Assembly (NCBI GenBank): GCA_040289575.1
Contig: PSLL01000032.1
Coordinates: forward strand, 10,857-24,088
Direction of reading: 5' to 3'
Source: Candidatus Dadabacteria bacterium
Lineage (GTDB): Bacteria > Desulfobacterota_D > UBA1144 > Nemesobacterales > CSP1-2
Length of the DNA stretch: 13,232 bases
Position numbers and translations under genes: made by a program. The notes under the pieces were generated by a model that saw only the letters and a list, made by a program, of their open reading frames with translations, ran no database searches and was not told the DNA's origin. This document shows, piece by piece, positions 1 through 7,337 of this stretch. Numbering within the stretch: the first letter of the stretch is position 1; the number at the start of each line of letters is the position of its first letter.

Positions 1-412
1 CCATAGAAATTCTACGCAAGGGAACCGACGGTTTTAACGGTCAGAAAACGTATATCCTCCTTTCCTTGATTAAGACATTTGAGATAGCATCTTTAACTGT
101 CAAAGTCACCCCTTCTCGCATAAATCGTTTTATAGAATTTTCATACTGTCGGTGCCTTTTGCTATTTAATAAACTGCAAGCTCCTATACCGAAATAGTAA
201 AGAAGTCCAACCGCGACAAAAATTTGCTCTAGCTCTTGCTGTACAGACCTTCACACAAGAAGCCGGCAATTGCGGGATTTAGCGGCAGTATAATTCCTCC
301 TTGACCCATAGGACATATGAGCTATGTAGCCCAGTAGTAATTTGCCTTCTTAACTTTTACGAAGCACCCTTCTTCATAAGTCATATATACTGCGTTTCCT
401 ATTCATTTTAAT

Positions 413-429
413 TTCAAGTTATATGCCAG
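413..429 (-). promoter_or_regulatory. Putative sigma54 (-24/-12) promoter firing leftward
   Basis: Minus strand reads CTGGCATATAACTTGAA. This has the GG-N10-G spacing of TGGCAC-N5-TTGC, with GA instead of GC at -12. Upstream are an IHF-like AATCAAAGTCATA (469..481, 1 mismatch to WATCAANNNNTTR) and palindromes GTTGTAACAAC (441..451) and TTGTATACAA (501..510). Confidence 0.5.
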
Positions 430-634
430 GTATATATAAAGTTGTAACAACTAGAATTCACTAGAAATAATCAAAGTCATAAACTCCATGAGTGAAAAGA
501 TTGTATACAAACCTCTCAAGACTATGCAAAATGCGAAGTGTCCTTACTGAATTTTCCTGGCTCGTCGTTGGTCTCCACAGGACTGAAGTTGCGGGATTCT
601 TCCTTATTATTCTGGTATTGTGGTCTTTATAAAG

Positions 635-1094
635 TGTAATTGACCCTAAATGTTGGATTAGTGGCTAAGGTGGGAAACGAGATATAATCTACTAAGCCAC
701 AGGAGGTCAAAGTGATGGGCAAGAGGCGAAAAAACCATAGCACGCAGTTCAAATTCCAAGTAGCTCCAGAAGCGGCTAAAGGACTGAAGACAATAAACCA
801 GATAGACAGCGACAAGGAGTACATCCGACCCTTGTGAGCCACTGGAAGCGGCAACTGCTTGAACAAGGGGCAACAGTATTCAGTCAGAACACGGCCACTA
901 ATGGGCGAGAGCAGCAGAGTCAAGAATCAGAACTTTATCAACAGATAGGAAGGCTCAAGGTGGAGTTGGAGTGATTGAAAAAACTGTTGGCCTCGGTTGA
1001 GGAGAAAAGAGCTATGGCAGAGCCGTCAAACACACAAATTAGCGTGCGTCGTCAGTGTGAGTTGATAGGGCTGAGTCGCTCTAGTTTGTACTAC
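635..1094 (+). mobile_element. Truncated IS3-family insertion sequence remnant (left end, orfA and start of orfB)
   Basis: Starts TGTAATTGACCCTAAATGTTGGA, resembling IS3-family terminal IRs. AGGAGG RBS at 701..706, followed by transposase-like coding sequence. No DDE domain or right IR seen. Confidence 0.85.
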
Positions 1095-1118
1095 ACTCAA
1101 GACAAAGAGACGAAATAA
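715..1118 (+). pseudogene. IS3-family transposase pseudogene (HTH OrfA plus OrfB N-terminus)
   Basis: Manual translation: MGKRRKNHSTQFKFQVAPEAAKGLKTINQIDSD, frameshift at about 811..816, then GVHPTLVSHWKRQLLEQG...ELYQQIGRLKVELE*LKK...ISVRRQCELIGLSRSSLYY. In-frame TGA at 972..974 where Trp is typical. Similarity ends about 1094; TAA at 1116..1118. Confidence 0.85.
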
Positions 1119-1323
1119 AAAGGAAGTATAGATACAAGAGGTTTTTAAGAGTGGCACTTTGTGTGACAAGACAAACACTTCCTAAGTACTCACATAAGAG
1201 AAGTCCACATATCTATAGACTTCTTCAACTAATCTCATGTGTACTTTTAAAAATCTACATGAGGGTTCAAAGAAGATGCAGCTTCATTTTATTATGTATT
1301 GAGAAGAGGGAATAAGAGGAAGA

Positions 1324-1352
1324 GGTGGATAAAGGTTTGGTATCTATCCACC
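1324..1352 (-). terminator. Possible terminator hairpin directly after the crotonase stop codon
   Basis: Perfect 8-bp inverted repeat GGTGGATA (1324..1331) / TATCCACC (1345..1352) abutting the TAG at 1353..1355. It is followed on the minus strand by pyrimidine-rich TCTTCCTCTTATT, not a clean U-tract. Confidence 0.35.
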
Positions 1353-2177
1353 CTACCGGACTTTATAGAAATCCGGCTTGCGTTTTTCTATAAAAGCAGT
1401 AGCGCCCTCGACCATCTCCGGAGATTTGATGAAGAACCGGGCAAGCTCAAGCCAGTGGGTAATCTGAGGAAATGCCGTATCAGAAGCAAAATTGAGTGAA
1501 AACTTGGCGATTCTCAGTGACTGTGGGCTCATCTCAAGAAGCCTCTGACACCAGGCATTGACCTCCTCATCGAGCTTGTCCTTTGGCACTACTTTATTCA
1601 CCCAGCCCATGCGCTCTGCCTCCTCTGCCGTATAGCGATTGCATAGATATACAATCTCGCGTGCCTTTTTTTCACCCACAGAGCGCGGAAGCATCTGTGT
1701 GCCGTACCAGATTGGAACGCTGCCAACGAGGGGTCCCGCCTGTCCGAATATAGAGTCGTCCGAAGCAATCGTGAGATCGCAGAGCATATTGAGTTCATTC
1801 CCTCCCCCTATGCAGAACCCATTTACACGGGCAATAATCGGTTTCCCATTGCACCGCATGGCAGTAGCAAGACGGTAGTGCACGAGCATAAAATAGGCGT
1901 CAACCTTTTTCTTGGAGTCTGTGACCAAAGACAGATCGCCGCCCGCGCAAAACGCCTTGTCCCCGGCACCTGTAAGAACAATAACACCCACCTCATCATC
2001 AAGCCAGGCATTCTCAAATGCAACTGCCAGCTCCTCGCGGGTTTTTGAGCTCAGGGCATTACGTAAGTTTGGACGATTAATAGTAATGCGCGCTATACGG
2101 TCTTTCTTTTCATATAGAATATCCTCAAATTCGGATGCATTTTTCACATCGGTTTTGGAATTGTTTCTTCTTGTCAT
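1353..2177 (-). CDS. Crotonase (enoyl-CoA hydratase/isomerase) superfamily enzyme, MenB/BadI-like acyl-CoA hydrolase
   Basis: 274 aa. ITINRP..RNA, oxyanion motifs AFCAGGDL and GGGNE, VGEKKAREI..LC..YTAEEAERMGWVNKVVP and C-terminal AFIEKRKPDF as in MenB/BadI. AGGAGG RBS upstream. The MenB/BadI GS(F/V)D motif is GSVP here, so no gene symbol is given. Confidence 0.9.
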   Translation of the reverse strand: MTRRNNSKTDVKNASEFEDILYEKKDRIARITINRPNLRNALSSKTREELAVAFENAWLDDEVGVIVLTGAGDKAFCAGGDLSLVTDSKKKVDAYFMLVHYRLATAMRCNGKPIIARVNGFCIGGGNELNMLCDLTIASDDSIFGQAGPLVGSVPIWYGTQMLPRSVGEKKAREIVYLCNRYTAEEAERMGWVNKVVPKDKLDEEVNAWCQRLLEMSPQSLRIAKFSLNFASDTAFPQITHWLELARFFIKSPEMVEGATAFIEKRKPDFYKVR

Positions 2178-2370
2178 CTTTGCTCTACCTCCTATGTTGA
2201 CTTTCCTCTTGCGGTCTTATTTAAGAAATGACACACGCTTGGTATTATATCTCCTTTAAAGAATATAACATAGATTGAATAAGTTATACTAACGTAAAGG
2301 TAGATATGGATACTACTTCCTCTCCTTTGGAGAAAAGCACATCCTAAGTAGAGGCGGAGGGCAAAGGATT

Positions 2371-3480
2371 ATGACCGATAAAAGAACGGAATCAACCTGG
2401 CTTTATCACTTACAGGATGAAACCGACGCCGCATATTTATACCGCATCCTTGCATCAATCGAAACAAATGAAAAGCGCAGGGATATTTATCTGCAGCTTG
2501 CAGATGTAGAAGACAGACATATTAAAGCTTGGAAAGACCTGATCTTAGAGCACGGCATAAAGGTGAAGAATCACACTCCATCCGCTCGTGCAAGGCTAAT
2601 CGCTTGGGTATCAAAAAAATTCGGACCTGGGCTGCTCAGGCAGATTCTGCTTCGTGAAGAAAGCAATGAAGTGAAATCCTACCTTGGGCTTTACCACTCA
2701 AGCCCTACAGGACCTACTAGAAAAATAGCTATTAAGCTCGCCCGCGACTCAGCCCAGCATGCCGGAAAATTGATGGACTCGTTGGGAATTGAGGATGAGC
2801 CTTGGCACAGGACTGAATCGGGCGGCTTAATACGGAACGTTGTATACGGGTTTAACGATGGGCTTACCGCAAATTTCGGCCTGATTGCCGGGGTCATAGG
2901 TGCAAAAGCCTCTTCTCACATTATTTTAATTTCAGGCATGGCAGGGATGATTGCAGATGCGCTTTCAATGGCATCTTCGGGCTACCTCGCAGCAGTCAGT
3001 GAGCAGGAGGTATACGAGCACGAAAAGAGGATGGAGGCGGAGGAAATCCGATTAATGCCGGAGCTTGAAACCGAAGAATTAGCCCTGAGCTACGAATCTA
3101 AAGGGATGAATAAGGAGGAGGCTGAAAGGTTAGCCGCAGAGGTCATGAAAGACCCTGAACGGGCACTTGGACAAAAGGTTCATGAAGAATTAGGTATTGT
3201 GGATAGACGGCTCAGCCCGTTAAAGGAATCCTGGATCACAGGAGCCGCTACCGCCATTGGGGCATTGATACCTATATTCCCTTTCTTTTTCCTCCAAGGA
3301 CCAAAGGCAATCTGGACCTCTTTTATAATCTCTATGCTTGCCCACTTTGGTGTTGGAGCGGCGCGCAGTATCTTTACAGGGAGAGGGCTGTTCCGCAGTG
3401 GTCTTGATATGTTTGTAGTAGGCATAGGAGTAGCGGCAGTAGGTTATTTCATTGGAGAACTGATCTTGAAATTCCTTTAA
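2371..3480 (+). CDS. VIT1/CCC1-family Fe/Mn transporter with N-terminal rubrerythrin/ferritin-like domain
   Basis: 369 aa. N-terminal helical domain with DE..AAYLY and EDRH (ExxH). CCC1 signatures RNVVYGFNDGLTANFG and ADALSMASSGYL, Glu-rich cytoplasmic loop (EQEVYEHE..EAEE..ELETEEL..HEELG), several TM helices. GGAGG/AAGGA upstream of ATG. Confidence 0.92.
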   Translation: MTDKRTESTWLYHLQDETDAAYLYRILASIETNEKRRDIYLQLADVEDRHIKAWKDLILEHGIKVKNHTPSARARLIAWVSKKFGPGLLRQILLREESNEVKSYLGLYHSSPTGPTRKIAIKLARDSAQHAGKLMDSLGIEDEPWHRTESGGLIRNVVYGFNDGLTANFGLIAGVIGAKASSHIILISGMAGMIADALSMASSGYLAAVSEQEVYEHEKRMEAEEIRLMPELETEELALSYESKGMNKEEAERLAAEVMKDPERALGQKVHEELGIVDRRLSPLKESWITGAATAIGALIPIFPFFFLQGPKAIWTSFIISMLAHFGVGAARSIFTGRGLFRSGLDMFVVGIGVAAVGYFIGELILKFL

Positions 3481-3566
3481 AGTCATCTTAGCGCAAATAA
3501 AGATTTGTGTAAGTATAGCCGAACCTATAAATCCCTATTTCTCAGAACCAGAATGTAAGATCATCT

Positions 3567-3860
3567 TCAGTCATCTAGAACGGTAATCACATTGGTAACT
3601 AGAGTAGAATTCGGGATAAGAATCTTTTTGCCCTAGAATTGGAGGGTAGTGTATCTAAGATCAATTTCAATCACAGTCCCCCCAAGCCCCGATACCGAGA
3701 TATAATCACTACACCTGTAAGGATGATAGATGAGCATAAGTATGCCGGCAACGAAATTAGACAATATGTCCTTTAGTGCAAATCCAATGGCAAAGCCAGT
3801 AAGCCCCATACACAGTAGAATGGTTTTTAAAATCTTAAATGACAAAAACACAACATCCAA
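3567..3860 (-). pseudogene. mscS: Small-conductance mechanosensitive channel (MscS family) relic
   Basis: GLTGFAIGFALKDILSNFVAGILMLIYHPY..DYI...GTVIEIDLRYTTL matches MscS TM3 and beta domain. Similarity continues past the TAG at 3633..3635 as GKKILIPNSTLVTNVITVLDD* (TGA 3567..3569). N-terminal TM helices are missing. Confidence 0.85.
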
Positions 3861-3875
3861 GGTATCATTAAAATC

Positions 3876-5222
3876 ATGCAGGACCTCGTTAACAGATTAA
3901 ATGAATTCTTCATAAGAGAACTGTGGAGCGTAGACATTAACTCTCTCGGGAGGTTTAGGGCTTTTGTAATCAAATCCCTAAGACTGCTCTATGTAACTAT
4001 AAGAGAATCCTCTAAAGGACAGCTTACATTGTGGGCTAGGAGCCTTGTCTACACAACTCTCCTTTCACTCATTCCGCTTCTAGCGATCAGTTTCTCTGTA
4101 CTTAAAGCCTTTAGCGTGCATAATCAGATAGCGCCTTTTCTATCCAACCTCCTCGCTCCATTTGGACCTGCAAAAGAGGAAATAATAGAGAAGATAATAC
4201 ATTTCGTAGACAATACAAAGGTCGGGGTCCTCGGCACCGTCGGACTTGCAATGTTAATCTATATGGTCATATCGCTTATTCAGAAGATTGAAGACTCTTT
4301 TAACTACATCTGGAAGGTAAATGCACCCAGGAGCTTTGCGAGGAGATTCAGCGACTATATGAGTGTAATCCTCATAGCTCCTGTATTGATACTTACTGCG
4401 GTTAGTCTCACTGCCTATGCGATGAATACCGCTGTTGTACAAAAATTAATATCCATACAGCCATTTGGGACAGCCGTCTCTTTTGCAGGAAAGCTAATCC
4501 CATATATCCTTGTCTGTGCGGCTTTTGTATTTATCTACATATTCATACCAAATACGAATGTAAAATTCACGTCCGCGCTTGTAGGAGGCATATTTGCGGG
4601 GGTGTTATGGCAGACAATTGGATGGGGATTCGCTTCTTTTATTGCTTCATCAAAACAGTACTCCGCCATATATTCGGGATTTGCCATAGTAATACTCTTT
4701 ATGATATGGCTGTACTATAGCTGGCTTATAATCCTTATAGGGGCCGAGGTTTCATTCTACTATCAGCATCCTCAATTCCTTAGCATAAAAAAAGAGCCGA
4801 TTCTTTTGAGCAACAGGCTCAAGGAAAGGCTTGCCCTTTTAATTATGTTCCTCATTAGCTATAACTATTACCACAATAAGCCCCTCTGGACACTCAATTC
4901 TCTCGTAGAGCGCCTTGGAGTCTCATTGTCAGTAGAGCCTATTGAACGCATCTTCGCATTATTGAAAAAGAAAGGATTCATCATTGAGACAGCCGATGAC
5001 CCCCCCAAATACATACCAGCAAGGGATATTGAAACCATAAAACTCAAAGAACTCATCCATTCCGTCGGGATAGATGAAGAGGAGGTTTACTCAATCGAAG
5101 AGAGATTTCTCTCTATACCGGAGGTTGATGAGATAATAAAAAGAACAAGCGATGCCGCCGAGAATGCACTTGGGGAGAAAAACATAAAGAACCTCGTCCT
5201 CTCTTATAGGAATGAGATTTGA
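3876..5222 (+). CDS. YihY/virulence factor BrkB family inner-membrane protein with C-terminal winged-helix-like extension
   Basis: 448 aa. ARSLVYTTLLSLIPLL, IEDSFNYIWKV..RSFARRF, IYIFIPN..V..SALVGG, YSAIYSGFA..LFMIWLYYSWLIILIGAE are YihY motifs. About 130 aa soluble C-terminal region. Confidence 0.92.
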   Translation: MQDLVNRLNEFFIRELWSVDINSLGRFRAFVIKSLRLLYVTIRESSKGQLTLWARSLVYTTLLSLIPLLAISFSVLKAFSVHNQIAPFLSNLLAPFGPAKEEIIEKIIHFVDNTKVGVLGTVGLAMLIYMVISLIQKIEDSFNYIWKVNAPRSFARRFSDYMSVILIAPVLILTAVSLTAYAMNTAVVQKLISIQPFGTAVSFAGKLIPYILVCAAFVFIYIFIPNTNVKFTSALVGGIFAGVLWQTIGWGFASFIASSKQYSAIYSGFAIVILFMIWLYYSWLIILIGAEVSFYYQHPQFLSIKKEPILLSNRLKERLALLIMFLISYNYYHNKPLWTLNSLVERLGVSLSVEPIERIFALLKKKGFIIETADDPPKYIPARDIETIKLKELIHSVGIDEEEVYSIEERFLSIPEVDEIIKRTSDAAENALGEKNIKNLVLSYRNEI

Positions 5223-5240
5223 GTCGTTTTTATCCCTACA

Positions 5241-6710
5241 TCAATCCGGGCTTTGGTTCAACATTTTTGATCGCCGAATAATCTCGACCAACCTCTCTTT
5301 CTTTTTGGAACGTATTTCTTTATATTCCCCTTCGCCGATTTCTTTAGCCGCAAATCTGTCATCAAGCTCTGCGATCTCCTGTATGAGTCTCCTTCTCTCC
5401 TCCTCTAAATACTCGGAGTCGGGTTGAGTTGGAGAAGGAACCCCTTTCACCTTCTCTTTGGGTTTTATCACAAATGAATATAAGACGCTTCCTAATATCA
5501 ACACAACCACAGCCCCGAGTATCACCCATTTTGTCAGATCCACACTTAAGAAGGGCTTACTAATCTCTATCCTGATTTTGGCTTGAGGCGGGATTCCGGA
5601 ACCAGTCCACTGAAGGAAACGGCCATCGGCTACCTGGATGGTTCCACCGGCACTTAGCCCGTCCACCTTTACTTTAACTCCCGAATCAGAAACCAGGAGG
5701 ATAAAGCTCCGAGTCGGGTAATCTATTGTTCTCTCAATGATGTTCTTGCCGGACTTGTAGGGAAGTGTATATACGTAAACTACCCTTTTTATCCCCGGCT
5801 CAACGCTTGATGTATCTGCAAAACCATCATCAGTTTTCACTACGACTTCGCTCCTGAGTCCCTCAAGGAACTGAATATCTTCCGCCCCAGATGGAAGATT
5901 AAACCTGAGGGTTTCTCTCCTGCCATCTTGCATCTCTTTTGCGCCTATGTAAACTCTCTTACCCACATTATGAAAAACTACCAACTCTGCAACCGTAATT
6001 GCACTCTCAGAGATCTGAACAATCATATGGTTTATACTCACGCTTATATCACCATCCTTGTCCGTAGGCTCATAGATGGGCAGATCGAGTGTTTTGGTAT
6101 CTTCATCGGGATAAAAAACCAGTTTGTCGGTTTCGTATTGTGTTCGTTTGTAGTTTAGCAATACGGTGTAGGCACGATTCCAGGGGAGATTTTTAAACTC
6201 AAAGATTCCGTCATCATTTGTTCTTGCCTTTATGCTCTCAGTTTCTCTATCGCCTAGATAAGCTGTAAGGGTCACATCAATACCCCGTGCCACCTCTTCG
6301 GTGCTCTTGTTCATCACCTTTCCAATTATCGTCCCACCCTCTTTTTGGGCGGCGGAGGCTTTAAACGTCAGAATATAGTCGGCAATAAGCTCGGCCTCCT
6401 CAGGAGAAACGCCCAGTGGAGGCATGGGCGGATACCCCTCGTTTATAGGCTGCTTCCCTCTAGATTGATAAACCTCCCGCGAGTCTTCCATCCATTTTTT
6501 AATTTCATCTCTGGTATACCTATCGCCAACCCCTGACAAGTCGGGACCAACAAACCTCCCTCTCCCGATTGTATGGCATCTCACACACCTGTCCTTTATA
6601 AAAAGCTCTTTTCCACTGAGTGGAATCTCTTTTTCCTCCTGGGCTTGAACAAGACATAAATTAATCCGTAAGAAAAGCAGAGGTATAATTATTAGAGGTA
6701 TTCTACGCAT
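5241..6710 (-). CDS. Membrane-anchored multidomain monoheme c-type cytochrome in the ccm cluster
   Basis: 489 aa. Signal-peptide-like N-terminus (..VQA). CVRCH heme motif (aa42-46, 6573..6587), GPDL and PPMPP (Met96, probable distal ligand) of class I cytochromes c. GTIIGKV..RTNDDGIFEFKNLP carboxypeptidase-regulatory-like beta domain, further beta-rich region, TM at about aa395-415, charged helical tail. Confidence 0.85.
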   Translation of the reverse strand: MRRIPLIIIPLLFLRINLCLVQAQEEKEIPLSGKELFIKDRCVRCHTIGRGRFVGPDLSGVGDRYTRDEIKKWMEDSREVYQSRGKQPINEGYPPMPPLGVSPEEAELIADYILTFKASAAQKEGGTIIGKVMNKSTEEVARGIDVTLTAYLGDRETESIKARTNDDGIFEFKNLPWNRAYTVLLNYKRTQYETDKLVFYPDEDTKTLDLPIYEPTDKDGDISVSINHMIVQISESAITVAELVVFHNVGKRVYIGAKEMQDGRRETLRFNLPSGAEDIQFLEGLRSEVVVKTDDGFADTSSVEPGIKRVVYVYTLPYKSGKNIIERTIDYPTRSFILLVSDSGVKVKVDGLSAGGTIQVADGRFLQWTGSGIPPQAKIRIEISKPFLSVDLTKWVILGAVVVLILGSVLYSFVIKPKEKVKGVPSPTQPDSEYLEEERRRLIQEIAELDDRFAAKEIGEGEYKEIRSKKKERLVEIIRRSKMLNQSPD

Positions 6711-7206
6711 TCAGCCTTGCTCCACATTTAGAACAAAAATGATCCTCGGACTTATATCTATTTCCACACACAGAGCAGATTAACCCCGAGTCTTCTAAGA
6801 TCCGGGATTGACGGGCACTAATAATCTCCTTTTCAATCTCTTCGTCTTCGGTCAATTCTGTTTTTCGAATGGCTCGAATCTCTCTTTCTATCTCTTCATC
6901 TAAATCCAGATGATAGGATTTTCTTTGAATAACATCAATCTCTTTAAGCAAGGCTAAAGCCTGCGCCCTATATCTGTTCTCAAGTTCATCGTAGTCCTCT
7001 TTAGAGAGCTTTCCAGTACTGTAGTCAAAATCAATTTCCTTAAGCGCTCTATAGACGGATTCCTTTTCCAAATTAAGCCGAGTCAATTCCTTATCATTTT
7101 GGGAATCCGTCTCCTTACAGACTCTCTCAAATCTCTTTTTAAAAAACGGCAACACCATGAAGATTGCTGCTCCGATGGCTATTAGAAAAACCAACACCTT
7201 TTCCAA
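6703..7206 (-). CDS. CcmI-N-terminus-like membrane protein with C-terminal zinc ribbon
   Basis: 167 aa, TTG start with AAGGA RBS. N-terminal TM ending LPFF. YRALKEIDFDYSTGKLSKEDYDEL resembles the CcmI cytoplasmic zipper loop. C-terminal CSVC-x10-CSKC zinc ribbon. Stop overlaps the next gene's start by 8 nt. Confidence 0.75.
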   Translation of the reverse strand: MEKVLVFLIAIGAAIFMVLPFFKKRFERVCKETDSQNDKELTRLNLEKESVYRALKEIDFDYSTGKLSKEDYDELENRYRAQALALLKEIDVIQRKSYHLDLDEEIEREIRAIRKTELTEDEEIEKEIISARQSRILEDSGLICSVCGNRYKSEDHFCSKCGARLNA

Positions 7207-7337
7207 TTTTATTCCTTTTAAGAAAAACTAGGCACAGAGTAAAAAGGGATCATACAAACGCTAATTTTGAAACAAATTTTTCTCCGTGTTTACACAATTC
7301 CCGTGGACAATCCATTTTCTCTGAAACCGAATCGAAC

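Noticed and set aside
21..44. Imperfect hairpin GACGGTT-TT-AACGGTC, like an IS200/IS605 end
   Set aside because: Short and mismatched, with no tnpA/tnpB in the window.
259..292. GCCGCTAAATCCCGCAA on the minus strand, resembling the start of a c-di-AMP (ydaO) riboswitch
   Set aside because: The following conserved GGGGA and downstream elements are absent.
41..316. Minus-strand frame MSYGSRR..LLV*RSVQQELEQIF..RRIYVF* with one in-frame TGA (possible selenoprotein)
   Set aside because: No recognisable family, no Cys/Sec redox motif and no convincing SECIS-like hairpin.
270..598. Direct repeat TTGCGGGATT at 270..279 and 589..598
   Set aside because: Only two 10-bp copies about 320 nt apart, with no array or CRISPR periodicity. 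Compatible with chance.
627..923. Minus-strand ORFs 627..923 and 658..873
   Set aside because: Antisense shadows of the plus-strand IS3 transposase remnant.
1152..1166. TGGCACTTTGTGTGA as a plus-strand sigma54 promoter
   Set aside because: The -12 element is poor and there is no plus-strand gene downstream.
3633..3635. Amber readthrough (pyrrolysine or recoding) in mscS
   Set aside because: The gene is also 5'-truncated, and TAG serves as a normal stop for ccmA, ccmF and the crotonase gene.
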